DNA of 64,000 nt from an uncultured Planctomycetota bacterium (GTDB lineage: Bacteria; Planctomycetota; Planctomycetia; Isosphaerales; Isosphaeraceae): positions 416,001 through 480,000 of the forward strand of contig CAWJTV010000005.1 of NCBI GenBank assembly GCA_963845755.1. The letters run 5' to 3'. The notes under the pieces are model-generated. The model had not been told where the DNA came from and searched no databases. It worked only from the letters and a program-made list of their open reading frames with translations. This document shows positions 30,659 to 42,066 of this stretch, piece by piece (position 1 is the stretch's first letter; each line of letters opens with the position of its first letter). The translations under genes and the position numbers were made by a program.

Positions 30659-30975
30659 AGCCCTCGAGGAAAACTTCGAACCGGACGAGCGATCGGAGCC
30701 CTGTCCATGTTGGCCAACCGGCCTGTCCCGTGCCTCGCGTCAGCCTGCGTAGACGTCCCGGTGCCCGTGAGGACTCCAAAGCTGCCGGGTTCATAACTCA
30801 TCGTCGATTGCTGGGGGTCATCTGGACCGAGAGAATCCGTGCCACTGGCCTGCAGGCGGTAGCTCCCGAGCACCGAGTCATCCTCGAACGACGAAGGGAA
30901 GAACGGCGACATGCTAGTCGGCCCATGAATTGCGAGGATTGCTTTCGAAAGACCTCGAAGAGAAAGGGTTGATCG

Positions 30976-32149
30976 ATGAGAGCACTCTGCTGGCACGGCA
31001 AGTCGGACGTCCGCGTCGATACCGTCCCCGATCCCAAGATCGAGGACCCGCGCGACGTCATCGTGAAGATCACCTCCACCGCGATTTGCGGCTCCGATCT
31101 CCATCTATATGACGGCTACATGCCGACGATGGAGCCCGGGGATGTCCTCGGGCATGAACCGATGGGAGAGGTGGTCGAGGTCGGCTCCGCGATCACAGAA
31201 TTCCGGAACGGCGATCGGATCGTCGTCCCGTTCACGATCTCCTGCGGGGCCTGCTGGTTCTACGAGAATCAACTTTTCTCGTTGTGCGATAACTCGAACC
31301 CCAACGACGAGATGGCCCGCAAGGTGATGGGCCAGTCCCCCGCCGGCCTGCTCGGCTATTCGCACTTGCTCGGCGGATTCGCCGGAGGCCAGGCGGAGTA
31401 CCTCCGCGTCCCGTACGCCGACGTGGGTCCGATCAAGATCCCCGACGGCATTCCCGACGAGAAGGTCCTGTTCCTTTCCGATATCTTCCCGACCGGATAC
31501 ATGGGGGCCGAGAACGCCGGCATCGAAAAAGGTGATACCGTGGCCGTCTGGGGCTGCGGGCCGGTAGGCCAGTTCGCCATCCTCGAGCGCCTGGATGCTC
31601 GGGGCCGGGCGGGTCGTTGCCATCGACCGCGTCACGGAACGACTGGCGATGGCCGAGAAATATGGCAAGGTCGAGACGATCCACTTCGACAAGGAGAAGG
31701 TCTACGACCGACTGATGGAAATGACCAAGGGCCGCGGCCCCGATCGCTGCATCGACGCCGTCGGTGCCGAGGCCCACGGCACCGGTTCATGGGATGCCAT
31801 GCTCGACAAGGCGAAGACCTCGGTCGGGCTGGCCACCGACCGCGCGCACGTGCTCCGCGAAGCGATCCTGTGCTGCCGGAAGGGTGGGACCATCTCCATC
31901 CCCGGCGTTTACATCGGCTTTCCCGACAAGCTCCCGATGGGGGCCGCGATGAACAAGGGGCTGGCTTTCAAGATGGGCCAGACCCACGTTCCCAAGTATC
32001 ACCAGTTGCTGCTCAAGAAGATCGAGGCCGGTGAAATCGACCCGTCCTTCGTCATCACGCATCGCATCCCGCTCAAGGATGGACCGGCGGCCTACCGCAC
32101 ATTCCGCGACAAGAAGGACGATTGTATCAAGGTTGTTCTCAAGCCTTGA
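30976..32149 (+). CDS. Zn-dependent alcohol/formaldehyde dehydrogenase family protein; frameshift near 31583
   Basis: [35 protein letters not shown], then [19 protein letters not shown] in the next frame. Confidence 0.9.
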
Positions 32150-32306
32150 TTCATCCGGGACCTGGCACGCGAGTTGCTAAAGAATCGGGCGTTGTGAACG
32201 CACCGACAGATGCCGTGTTGAATTTCGACGAATTTATCTCGGCGATGCGTGCATCGCCGGCCAGCGAGCCAAGACCCCGTCCCCTCTTTCCGACGAGGTA
32301 TGAGTG

Positions 32307-32909
32307 ATGGCGCCAATCCGTTCGATCGACGAGTTAACGCGCTGCAATGTGGCAATTATCGCGGAAATGGAGAGAGCGGCTGCCCACGTTCGGTCCCGAG
32401 GCGATCGCATCGCCGATCTCATCGCGGCGTGGGTCGGTAGTTGGGCCTTCATCATCACCCAGACAGTGATCCTGATTATATGGATCGCCTTGAATCTTAT
32501 CGCGTTAGTCAATCATTGGGACCCCTATCCATTCATCCTCTTGAATCTTGCTCTCTCGTTTCAGTCGGCCTATGCCGCGCCGATCCTCATGATCAGCCAG
32601 AACCGTCAGGCGAAGCTCAGTGAGCGTCGCAATCATCTCGACTTGCAGATCAACATGCTGGCGGAGCAGGAGACTACGGAAATCCTTCGTCTCCTGCGGC
32701 TCCTCTGCGAGCACACCGGTGTCCGCCTCGACAAGGACCACAACGGTCGGGCCTTCGAGGAAGAGACGAAGCCTGCCGAGATCGTGCGGCAGATCCAGGG
32801 GGAGCTGGAAGCACGAGCCATCGATGTCCTGGAGGAAGTCGTCGAGGCTGGCGTCGAAACGTCCCCGCTCGTTCCTCACAAGTTCGACCGCCGTATCCAT
32901 CCAAATTAG
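32307..32909 (+). CDS. DUF1003 membrane protein
   Basis: RIADLIAAWVGSW, DPYPFILLNL, AAPILMISQNRQ, DLQIN. Confidence 0.88.
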   Translation: MAPIRSIDELTRCNVAIIAEMERAAAHVRSRGDRIADLIAAWVGSWAFIITQTVILIIWIALNLIALVNHWDPYPFILLNLALSFQSAYAAPILMISQNRQAKLSERRNHLDLQINMLAEQETTEILRLLRLLCEHTGVRLDKDHNGRAFEEETKPAEIVRQIQGELEARAIDVLEEVVEAGVETSPLVPHKFDRRIHPN

Positions 32910-32982
32910 AGGAAAGGCTCATCCCTCGGTGCCGGGGCCGAGGAAGGCGACCGTCGAAGATGGGGCGGGGGAGGGAACCTTG

Positions 32983-33622
32983 GTGGCTTCTCATAATGAA
33001 AATCTGCATGGCAACGCTCCGGACAAGGCCAATGCCGCCTTGCTCCTGATCGATGTGATCAACGACCTGGAATTCCCCGAGGGTGAGCAGTTGCTGCGGC
33101 ACGCCCTGCCGATGGCCGAACGCCTCGTGGCGCTGAAACGCCGGGCGAAGGCGGCGGCCATCCCGGTGGTCTACGTCAATGACAACTTCGGACGATGGCG
33201 GTCGAACTTCACCAGCCAGGTCGAGCACTGCTTGAACGATGGTGTGCGAGGCCGGCCGCTGGTGGAGTTGCTCCTCCCCGATCCCGTCGATTACTTCGTG
33301 CTGAAGCCCAAACATTCCGGCTTCTTCTCCACGACCCTCGATCTCTGGCTCGAATACCTGGGCATCAAGACGGTGATCCTCAACGGGGATCGCGGGGAAT
33401 CACTGCGTGCCCTTCACGGCGAACGACGCCTACATGCGCGACTTCTCCCTGATCGTACCGCGCGACTGCGTGGCGTCCAACACCGAGGAGGACAACGGCA
33501 ACGCCCTGGAGCAGATGCGGAAAGTCCTCAAGGCGGACATTCGCCCGTCGACCGAATTGGTTCTCACTCCGGCCGACGGGGGACCGGGGAGGCCCAACCC
33601 CATGCGGAAGCGATCGAAGTGA
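32983..33622 (+). CDS. Isochorismatase-family cysteine hydrolase; frameshift near 33383
   Basis: LLLIDVIND, VYVNDNFG, LKPKHSGF, then GIAGNHCV and TANDAYMRD; Asp-Lys-Cys triad present. Confidence 0.87.
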
Positions 33623-34123
33623 AGTGCCATCCCGCATGGCTCGGTCCGCTCGACCCGCCTTGCTTCTTTTCCTGCCTCTCCCGGAGTTCCGGGGCCAGGA
33701 GCTTCGGTTCGATGCCGGAAGCGCCGTGATAGACGACGTCACCGCCTTCGTAGCTGGCAAACACGAGCACCCCGGCGGCGATCAGGCCCGTGATGCGCGC
33801 CCAGGCCGGCGGCGGTGAGGGCTGAAGGCGCCGGCGCACCACGGCGATGACTGTAAAAAGGAGGAACTCGACCACCGCCGCGCCGATGGCCACCAGATGA
33901 CCTGGCCGGCCTCCTCGGTGTGCGAGGCCGGCCCGATGTAGAAGGCGAGGACCCCGGCGGCGGCCAGCACCCCGGTCGCAGCGCCAGCCAGGAGCAGCCC
34001 TGTCGCACCCCGCGCCGGGGCCGGGTCGTTGCGACGCCAGGCGGAGAGTTCGAGCAGCACGGCGCCCGCAAGGGAGGCGATCGGGAAATGAGTCAGTGCC
34101 GGATGGAATTCCCCAGGTTCCAT
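33564..34123 (-). CDS. DUF2231-type membrane protein; frameshift near 33893; 3' end uncertain
   Basis: HPALTHFPIA N-terminal motif, four hydrophobic segments, YEGGDVVYHG. Confidence 0.72.
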
Positions 34124-34137
34124 GGTCGCATCTCTTC

Positions 34138-34756
34138 TCAGATCACCGCTGTCGGGGGCAAGATCTCGTAGTCGATCGGTTTAAACTTGTAATTATTGGA
34201 CATCTCGGCCGAGCACGCCGTCAGACCCACGATCAGGTCCATCTCCGCTCGGAGCTCGATCGCATCGCCGGGCTTCGATCGGGGCGGGCCGATTCTCAGC
34301 TCGCCCGTGGGTAGGATGGCGACATTCATGAAGATGTTGAAAGTTGTGGGAATCTCATTCGGCCCGATGCCAAAGGAGGCGAGGCTCCCGCAAAGGTTGC
34401 CGAAGCAGCTCGGATGATCCCCCTCGTCTCGATAGATGATCGCGAACGTCTCGAGGCTGCACGGCGTCAAGAGGAAGTCGTGCCGGCCGACGTCGTCGGC
34501 AAGGATTGTGAACATCGGCCGACTGCGGTTGGAGTAGAGAACATGGCCGGTGCTCAGGTAGATCGTGTTGGCATAGTCGATGCTGCGCCCGGAGGAGAGC
34601 CACTCGCCTTTGTCCTCGCGCGAATGCGACGAGGTCGGAGACCTGCTCGCCGAGCGGATCGACGACACGGAGCCGCTGACCCCGATCCAGCAGGAAAGCC
34701 GTGCCGGTCTGTGGTTCCAGGCGACAACGCGCGCTCGAAGCAGATGGCTTGCTCAT
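34138..34756 (-). CDS. DUF1989 (urea carboxylase-associated/YcgI-like) protein; frameshift near 34612
   Basis: GQRLRVVDPLGEQVSDL, LSSGRSIDY, GRHDFLLTPCS, HPSCFGNL, FNIFMNV, LTACSA. Confidence 0.87.
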
Positions 34757-35030
34757 CGGTTGATCCTCGTCGTCCGCGGGGACTTGTTGAAGATGAGAGA
34801 TCTCGGAGGCTTGTGTGCGGCCTGCGGCGCCAGAGCACAGGCGGACGCCGCCTCGATCGGCTCGCCAGTTTGCGGGAAGAACGCCGGGGGTAAGTCGGGC
34901 TCGACAGTCTGCCCGGCGTACTGCTTGACCTCGGCCTCCGCGCCGAAGTCGGCCGAGACCGGGTTAACGCTTCTCTCCCGTTCTTCCTCAAATTGCTGGA
35001 CCAATTCGTTTTCTTCTCGAACCTGTCCTT
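34753..35030 (-). CDS. Short ORF or remnant resembling the C terminus of YqcI/YcgG-family proteins; 5' end undefined
   Basis: QFEEER...NPVSADFGAEAEVKQYAGQTVE; stop codon overlaps the DUF1989 start (ATGA). Confidence 0.4.
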
Positions 35031-35790
35031 CCCCTGATTGTTTCCCTCGGGGCAAAACGCCCGTGTCGGTCAACCCCGAGCGACCTACGAATCGCTGGAG
35101 CCGCGCGGCCAAACGGTCAGGTTCCACGACCGACTCGCCGGTGTCGTCGAGTGGATCCCTCGCGGCTCCGACCTGGTGAGGAATACCGGGATTGGCCAAG
35201 CGGGATGGCCACCCCGGCCGGGTGGTTGGATGGTGTTCTGGCGCGGTTCGAAGTTGCAAGATGCGCGCGCAGCAAGCCGGCCCGGCCGACACTCTCGCCT
35301 TGCCGTCGCCGGACGCGTCCAGTTTGCCACGTCCGACAAATGGTTGCTACGGCCCGCTCCGTTCAGCCGACCAACCGGTCATGGCAGACCCGCTCGACCT
35401 CCTTCCCCTACGGATCCTTGGCGTACGGCGAGCGTCGGTGAGCCCAGGCGTGCTCGGCGATCGTGACCCGCCGCGCGAGCCCTTCCAGCCGTCCCCACTC
35501 GGCCTCATACTCGGCCAGGTCGATCTCGAAATGGATAGCTGACCCTGGCGGGATCACCCGGAACGAAGCGAGAATCGGAACCAGGCCGACTCCGAGATCC
35601 TGGAGGTTCTGTACCATCAACGTGGATCCTCCCCGCGGCGTCGGCTGGCCTCGAGCTCCCCGATGAGGTTGATCATGTTCCTCCGGCCATATCGGATTTC
35701 TGTCGTCGTTGCTGTCTGCGGCATCCTGACCCTTGCGCCCGGCGGCTGACGGCCACCTCGCCAAATAACCTTCGTCGCGAGAACAACGCG

Positions 35791-36526
35791 ATGCCCCCGG
35801 ACGGCTCGCAGGAGAATGCCCAACCTGGGCCAGTGCCCTCGGATCAGGAACCGCAGATCGCGGAGCTGCGGCGCATCGGCGGCACGATCTTCGAGCGCGA
35901 GGGCTCGGTCGTGGAAGTGAACCTCAATCGGACCAAGGTCCAGGACGATGATCTCGGTCGAACTCTCCGGCTTCACCGCGATGTCCGACCTCTCGCTCGA
36001 AGAGACGGCGATCGGCGACAACGGCCTCCGGCGGCTATCCGGGCTGAAGAAACTCGTCTGGCTGAATCTCTACCGGACTCGTGTCGGCGACGACGGCCTG
36101 GCCCATCTCAAAGTGCTGACCACCTTCGAGCGCCTGCCCCTCGGTGAAACGAGGGTCACCGATGCCGGACTCGGTCATCTCGCTGTGCTGAGCCGGCTCA
36201 CGTATCTCGGACTGAGGGGCGACCGGATTACCGACGCGGGCCTCCGGCAGATCGAGAAACTGACGAGCCTGACCGAACTGAATCTCGGGCAGACCGCGGT
36301 CAGCGACCGGGGCCTGGCACATCTGAGGCCCCTGGTCCGACTCAGGCGGCTCTGGCTGAACGACACGCACATCACGGACGCGGCCGTCGAGACACTGGCC
36401 AAGCTCGATACACTGGAAGACCTGTATGTCTACCGAACGGACATGTCGATCGAGGAGGTCAAGAAGCTCAAACGGCTCCGGCCGGGATGCCGGATTTACT
36501 TTCGCTCGGACAGGGATCCCGAATGA
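35791..36526 (+). CDS. Leucine-rich repeat protein; frameshift near 35955; start uncertain
   Basis: About seven 24-residue repeats of the form LxxLxLxxTxVxDxGLxxL. Confidence 0.85.
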
Positions 36527-36750
36527 GTGTCGCAGCTCTCGCTCTCGATGAGCACGCGTCTGCCGAAAACTCCAGTCGGACCGAATCTGTACCTGGCCCC
36601 GGGGCAACGTCAGCGGCTAGAACCCGCCGCCGCTGGTCGCCGGGATAATAACCGGGGCGCCCTTCCTCGTCGGCCGGGGACCAATCGCCACTTCACCGTC
36701 GAGATCGATTGCCTCGAAGCTCGGACCGATCGCGTCGGAGCGATCCCGAT

Positions 36751-36768
36751 TGATCTAACGTTAGATCA
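36751..36768. promoter_or_regulatory. Perfect 18-bp palindrome TGATCTAACGTTAGATCA (TAACGTTA copy 4)
   Basis: Exact dyad with no spacer, lying between convergent genes. Confidence 0.5.
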
Positions 36769-37405
36769 GATGGAATGTCTGCACCCGTATTTGCCGAGAT
36801 CGAAATCGACGTCAACAGGACCCTTGCGGTTGTTCACGATGATTCCGCCGACTTCGTGTTACCGCGATGTATGCCGGCAGCGGGATGGCGCAGCTCCTTG
36901 ACGACCGCATTGCTACGCCCGGCAGCCATGGCATCCGGCAAATCCTCCCCGATGCTGATCGCCAGGGCGCTACCCGTCGGGTTGTATCGATGACGAAGAC
37001 GAACCTCGGTCACGATCGCCCGACCTGTCGCCGAAACACCGTAGAACACCGGGTCGAAACGGGACCACTTCGCGATCCACAGATGCGCCCGCACGCAACC
37101 CAGCCGCCCTCATGGCGGGTCTCTATCTCATCCCCGAGACGGCCTGATTGCGGTTGGGAATCACCATCTCAATGTCGTGCGCCACCAGATTCCATCTGCC
37201 AGGCCACGTGTGGGCCGCCGCGTGGAAAGCCACGAAGAAGATCTTCAGGCCGCGGCCGAAATGGGTGCAACCTCATTTCTGGCCGTTCCCCCTGGCGCGG
37301 CCAACCCTACCCCAGGTCAATTCCATACGGTGGGAACGCAAGTCGCCCCGGCGGTCCTGCCCGGTGCGCAATCTCTGTCAGGATGGACCGAGGGGCGATT
37401 TCTCC

Positions 37406-40400
37406 TCAGCGATTCTCATCAGCGGAGGGTATGGCCGCAGACTCCTGGCCGTTGGGGGCATCTAGCTGGAGGCAAGGAGAATCCTGGGGGTATCGTGACC
37501 CCAACCGTATCCATCCTTGTCGGAAGGCGGATTCCTCCACGGGTAGCCCCTTGTCGGGATCGCGCAGATCACGTCCGGAGAGTGTCTGCGCGATGAGGGT
37601 CAGGTCGCCCAGCGGCCGCTCGTCCGCCGAGACATCCCAGGTGCGGGCCGTGGCATCGCCGCTGGCGGTGAGCACGCGTCGGCCGTCGGGGCTGAACTCG
37701 GCGTGCCAGACCGGCCCGTCGTGCCGGAGCGGCGGAGTGACCGGGCAGCCGGTGGCGGCCTCCCAGACCCTCGCCGTGCCGTCGAGGCTGGCCGTCAGGA
37801 TCAGGATCCCGTCGGGGCTGAACTCGGCCCGCTCCAGGCGTCCCTCGTGTCTCATAGGTGGCGTGAGGAGCCGGCCGGTGGCAGCCTCCCAGACCAGCGC
37901 CCGATCGTCCGTGCCGGCCGTGATGACCCGCCGGGCATCGGGGCTGAATCCCACGCAGGTGATGGCCCCTTGATGTTTCATCGCCGCGCCGCAGGGAGCC
38001 CCGCTCGCGGTGTCCCAGACCTGCACGAACCATCCACGCGGGTGACGAGCGACCGCCCATCTGGGCTGAACGAGGCCTGGAAGGGGATGGCCGGGTGATC
38101 CAGGACCAGGAGCGGCCGGCCCGTCTCGGCGTCCCAGACGAGGGTCCGGAGATCTTCGGCCGCGGTCGCGATGCGACGGCCGTCGGGGCTGAACTCGGCA
38201 TGCTTCAGGGTGGCCCCGTGCACCAGCTCGCGAAGGGGCGTCCCGGTGTCCGCATCCCAGATGCGGGCGACGGGACCGTTGGCGGATGTCAGTAACCGGC
38301 GGCCGTCGGGGCTGAAGGAGACCTCCGATAGGGAGCCGGCGTGAGTCATCCAGTCGGGTGTCAGCGGAGTCCCCGTGTCGGCGTCCCAGACCCGGGCCAG
38401 CCCATCCTCGGTGATGGTGGCGACCCGACGGCCGTCGGGGCTATAGCGGGCCCGGCGCACGAACCGGCCCCCCGGCTGGGAGGCCGTCCACCGGAGGCGG
38501 CCGGTGGACGCGTCCCAGGCCCGCGCGGTGCCGTCGAAGCTCGCGGTGACGAAGCCCGTGCCGTCGGGGCTGAACGCGGCGTGGTAGATCCGGTCCCGGT
38601 GCCGGACGAGGGTCAGGTACGGCTGCGGAGGGGCCCAGAGTCGCGCCGTGCCGTCCTCGCTGGCCGTCAGCAGGGTGCCGCCGGCGCCCGAGGACGCCAT
38701 CAACACGCGCCCGTTGTGCTTGCAGGCCGGGAATACCTGCCGGCCGCTGGCCGGGTCCCAGACGCGGGCGGTGCCGTCCCAACTGGCCGTCAGGACGTGC
38801 TGCCCGCCCGTTGTGAACGAGGCGTGGGTGACGAAGTCGTCGTGCCGGAGCCGGGCGATCGACCGTCCGGTGTCGGCCTCCCAGACCGCCGCGGTGTTAT
38901 CGATGCTGGCGGTGACGATCCGGCCCCCATCCGAGCTGAACGCCGCGTCCGTGACCGTGGTCACGTGCTCGAGCCGGGCACATAAGCGGGCCGTCTCGAG
39001 GTCCCAGACTCGCGCGTCCGGGTAGGCGCCGGTGACCAACCGACCATTGCCGCCAAAGGCGGCGCGGTAGACCGGTCCGTCGTGGCGCAACTCGCCGAGC
39101 AATTCCGCGGTCGACGTCCGGAAGATCCGCGCAAGCCGTCCCGGGACGTCGTCACGATGCGTCGACCGTCCGGGCTGAAGGAGGTGGAGTTGAATCCGAT
39201 TTCGGGGCCGACGGCGCGGGCGGCGATCGGCTCAGCGGTGCGGATGTCCCGGACCCGCACCGTGCCGTCGCGCCCCGCGGTCGCGACCAGGCGGCCGTCG
39301 GGGCTGATCGCCGCGCCGAGGGCCCCCTCCTCTTGCCAGAGGCGATCCACCCGGCCGTCCTCCAGCCGCCAGAGGTTCGCGCGGTAAGCCCCGATGGTGA
39401 GGACGTGACGGCCGTCGGGCCCGATCGCGGCGCGCGAGAGCGGGGCTGGGTGGCGGAACGGCGGGTACGCGGGCCGGCCGGTGTTGAACGGCGCAGACCC
39501 AGACTGTGCCCGCCCGGTCGGCGAGCAGCACGAGGCGGCCGTCGTCGCAGAACGCGGCGCAGACGACCGGCGCATCGCACAGCCAGACGCGCGCCAGGCG
39601 GGGCGAATGGAGCCGCGCGGCGGCGAAGCGACGGCGATGGACCTCCTCGCGCGCCGGGGCGTCGCGTGCTAGCTTGATCGCCTCGAGGATCCAGGGGAAT
39701 GCGTCGTGCAGGTCGGCTCCGTCCGAGGAATGGGCGGCCCGCCGGACGTACTCCCGCTCGAGGAGGTCCTCGGCGCGCCGTCGCTGCTCCCGCTCGCAGT
39801 TACGTGCGGCCTCCTCCCGCTCGCGGGCCCGGTCGGCGGTGCGGGCCAGCTCGCGCTGGCGGAAGGAGCTGAGCGTGGAGCCGAGGGAGACGATGACGAG
39901 CAAGACCGCAACCGCGGCGATCAGGCCGGCCTGCGCGGGGCGTCGCCGGCACCAGCGCCATCCCCTCGCGAACGGGCCCACGGGCCGGGCCCGGATCGGA
40001 CGGCGATCGAGGTAGCGTCGCAGGTCCAGGGCCAGGTCGCCGGAGCTGGGGTAGCGCCTCCCGGGCTCCTTCTCGAGGCAGCGGAGACAGATGGTCTCCA
40101 GGTCGCGCGGCAGCCTCGGCCGGAGGCGTGTCGGCGCCATCGGCTCGTCGGATTGGACGTGGAGCAAGACCTCCAGGTCCGACTCGCCTTGGAAGGGAGG
40201 GCGACCGGTCAGGACCTCGTAGAGGATCGCCCCGAGGGCGTAGAGGTCGGCGAGCGGGCCGACATCCTTGCTCTTCCCCGCGGCCTGCTCAGGCGCCATG
40301 TAGCTGGCGGTCCCCATCACGGCGCCGGTGATGGTCCGCCCCGGGCCTGGCTCCTCGAACAGGAGCTTGGCCAGGCCGAAGTCGGTCACCCTCGGGATGA

Positions 40401-41085
40401 AGCCCAGGCCAGCCGCGAGGGAGGATTTCGGCTCGAGCAGGATGTTGGTAGGCTTGAGGTCGCGGTGGATGACGCCGCGGTCGTGGGCGTGCTGGACGGC
40501 CTCGGCCAGCGTGGCCAGCGTCGCCGCCGCGGTCTCGAAGGGCACCGGCTCGTCGCGACGCCTCAGCCAGGAGGCGAGCGTCTCACCGGGACAGTAGGCG
40601 GAGACGAGGAAGCGGATCGCCCCGTCCGAGCCGACCTCGTAGACCGGCACGAGGTTGGGATGGTCCAGGCCCGCCGCCGCGCGGGCCTCGCGCGCGAACC
40701 GCGCGGCGAATTCCGGGGCGACGGCGACCTCCGGCCGGGGGACTTTCAGCGCCACCTCGCGGCCCAGCAGGGGGTCGAAGGCGCGGAAGACGACGCCCCA
40801 GCCGCCGCGGCCCAGCTCCTGGAGGACCTCGAACCGCCCGAGGCGGCCCCCGGGCGGTCCCGGGCCCGGTCCGCCATCCCCGACCGGCCAGGGAAGCGTG
40901 GCCGGGTCGCGGCGGGCGCGGAGGCGTCGCAGGCAGTTCACGCCCCGCTCGAGGCGCTGCCGCAACTCCGGAGGGACAGCGGCCGGCGGGGGGCCATCCC
41001 CGCCGCCGGCCGCTAGGCTCTCGTCGCAACCCGCCAGCAGGGCGGCGAACAGGTCCTCGGGACCCGATCCCTCATCGGCGATCAT
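37406..41085 (-). CDS. Ser/Thr protein kinase with a transmembrane helix and many WD40 repeats; frameshifts near 39485, 39110 and 38025
   Basis: LGRGGWGVV, VALK, HRDLKPTN, DFG, YMAPE; hydrophobic AGLIAAVAVLLVIVSL; repeated FSPDGRRxxTAxxDGTARVWD. Confidence 0.92.
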
Positions 41086-41690
41086 GTCGAGATGTCCAGT
41101 TCATGCTTGAGCCGTTCGACGGCGCGAGCCCAGAGCTTCCGCGCCGCGTTCGCCGACCGGCCGGTCGCCCGGCCGATCTCCTCGAAGGTATGGCCCTCGA
41201 CGTGACGCAACGTCAGGACGTGCCGGTAATCCTCGGGGAGTTGCCCGAGGGCGCGCTGCAGTGCCTCGTCGCGCTCGTGGCCCATGGCCTGCTCGCTGGG
41301 CGAGGGTGTATCCGCGCTCAACTCCCGAGCGGGCCAGGCCGAATCTCCGCCTTCCAGCGCCTCCTCTCGCCCCGCGCGCCGCTTCTCCGCCACGAAGAGC
41401 CGCCTGAAACTGGCGAGGTTATTGAGCAAGAGCCGGCGGAGCCAGGCCAGCAATTCCTCCTCGGTCTCGCCGCGGAAGCGGCCGAAGTGGCGATGAGCCT
41501 TCAGGAAGGTCTCCTGCACCATGTCGGAGGCCCCCCCTTTGGCCTTCAGGTCCTCGCCGAACTCCTCGCGGGCCACCAGAAGCAGGTACCTCCGGCATGA
41601 TTGCAACGCCTGACCGAAGGCATCCGCCGAGCCGGCCCGAGCGGCCGAGAGGCGTTCCGCGACGTCATCGGCGTGACGGGCCATTTCCAC
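41082..41690 (-). CDS. ECF sigma-70 factor of the planctomycete kinase-associated type
   Basis: GGASDMVQETF, AWLRRLL, TPSPSE, LPEDYRHVLTLR, AARKLWARA; AGGAG plus GTG start; ATGA overlap with the kinase gene. Confidence 0.92.
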   Translation of the reverse strand: MEMARHADDVAERLSAARAGSADAFGQALQSCRRYLLLVAREEFGEDLKAKGGASDMVQETFLKAHRHFGRFRGETEEELLAWLRRLLLNNLASFRRLFVAEKRRAGREEALEGGDSAWPARELSADTPSPSEQAMGHERDEALQRALGQLPEDYRHVLTLRHVEGHTFEEIGRATGRSANAARKLWARAVERLKHELDIST

Positions 41691-42066
41691 TCTCCTGACA
41701 TCGGACAGGCCGATAATGTCGATCAGAGACGATCGATGTGACGGAGCAGCGGGCCGTCATTCCATCGGACGACGTTCGTTCGACCGCAGCGATCCGACGA
41801 GGTCTCGCGCCTCGGCGGTCGAAGGACCCCGGAGCTGAATGGACGCACAGCCTCGCGATCGAGGCTTTGGCTATCGAGCCTCGGAGCGGCCATATATCCC
41901 GATCCGTTAGATCTGAATTCTACCGTCCTGGCTCGACCCTGGTCAACCCACGCCGGCCGTCGATTGGGGGATTCTGACCGGATCTCGCGGCCGATTCCAG
42001 CATCCTTCGCGTTTGGGGGCTCAGAAGGTCGCCGCGTTTCCCAACCACTCATGAGGGGAAACCTCG

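Noticed and set aside
35408..35676. Possible small frameshifted minus-strand gene
   Set aside because: Needs an assumed frameshift, has no recognisable motif and abuts the possible LRR start region
36775..37300. Short protein-like fragments and a small hairpin (37254-37284) between the LRR and kinase genes
   Set aside because: No consistent frame, start or family motif; possibly a decayed gene, but not supportable
37600..39450. Recurrent GGCCGTCGGGGCTGAA-like DNA motif as a CRISPR or repeat array
   Set aside because: It encodes the FSPDG motif of the WD40 repeats; copies are degenerate and no cas genes are present
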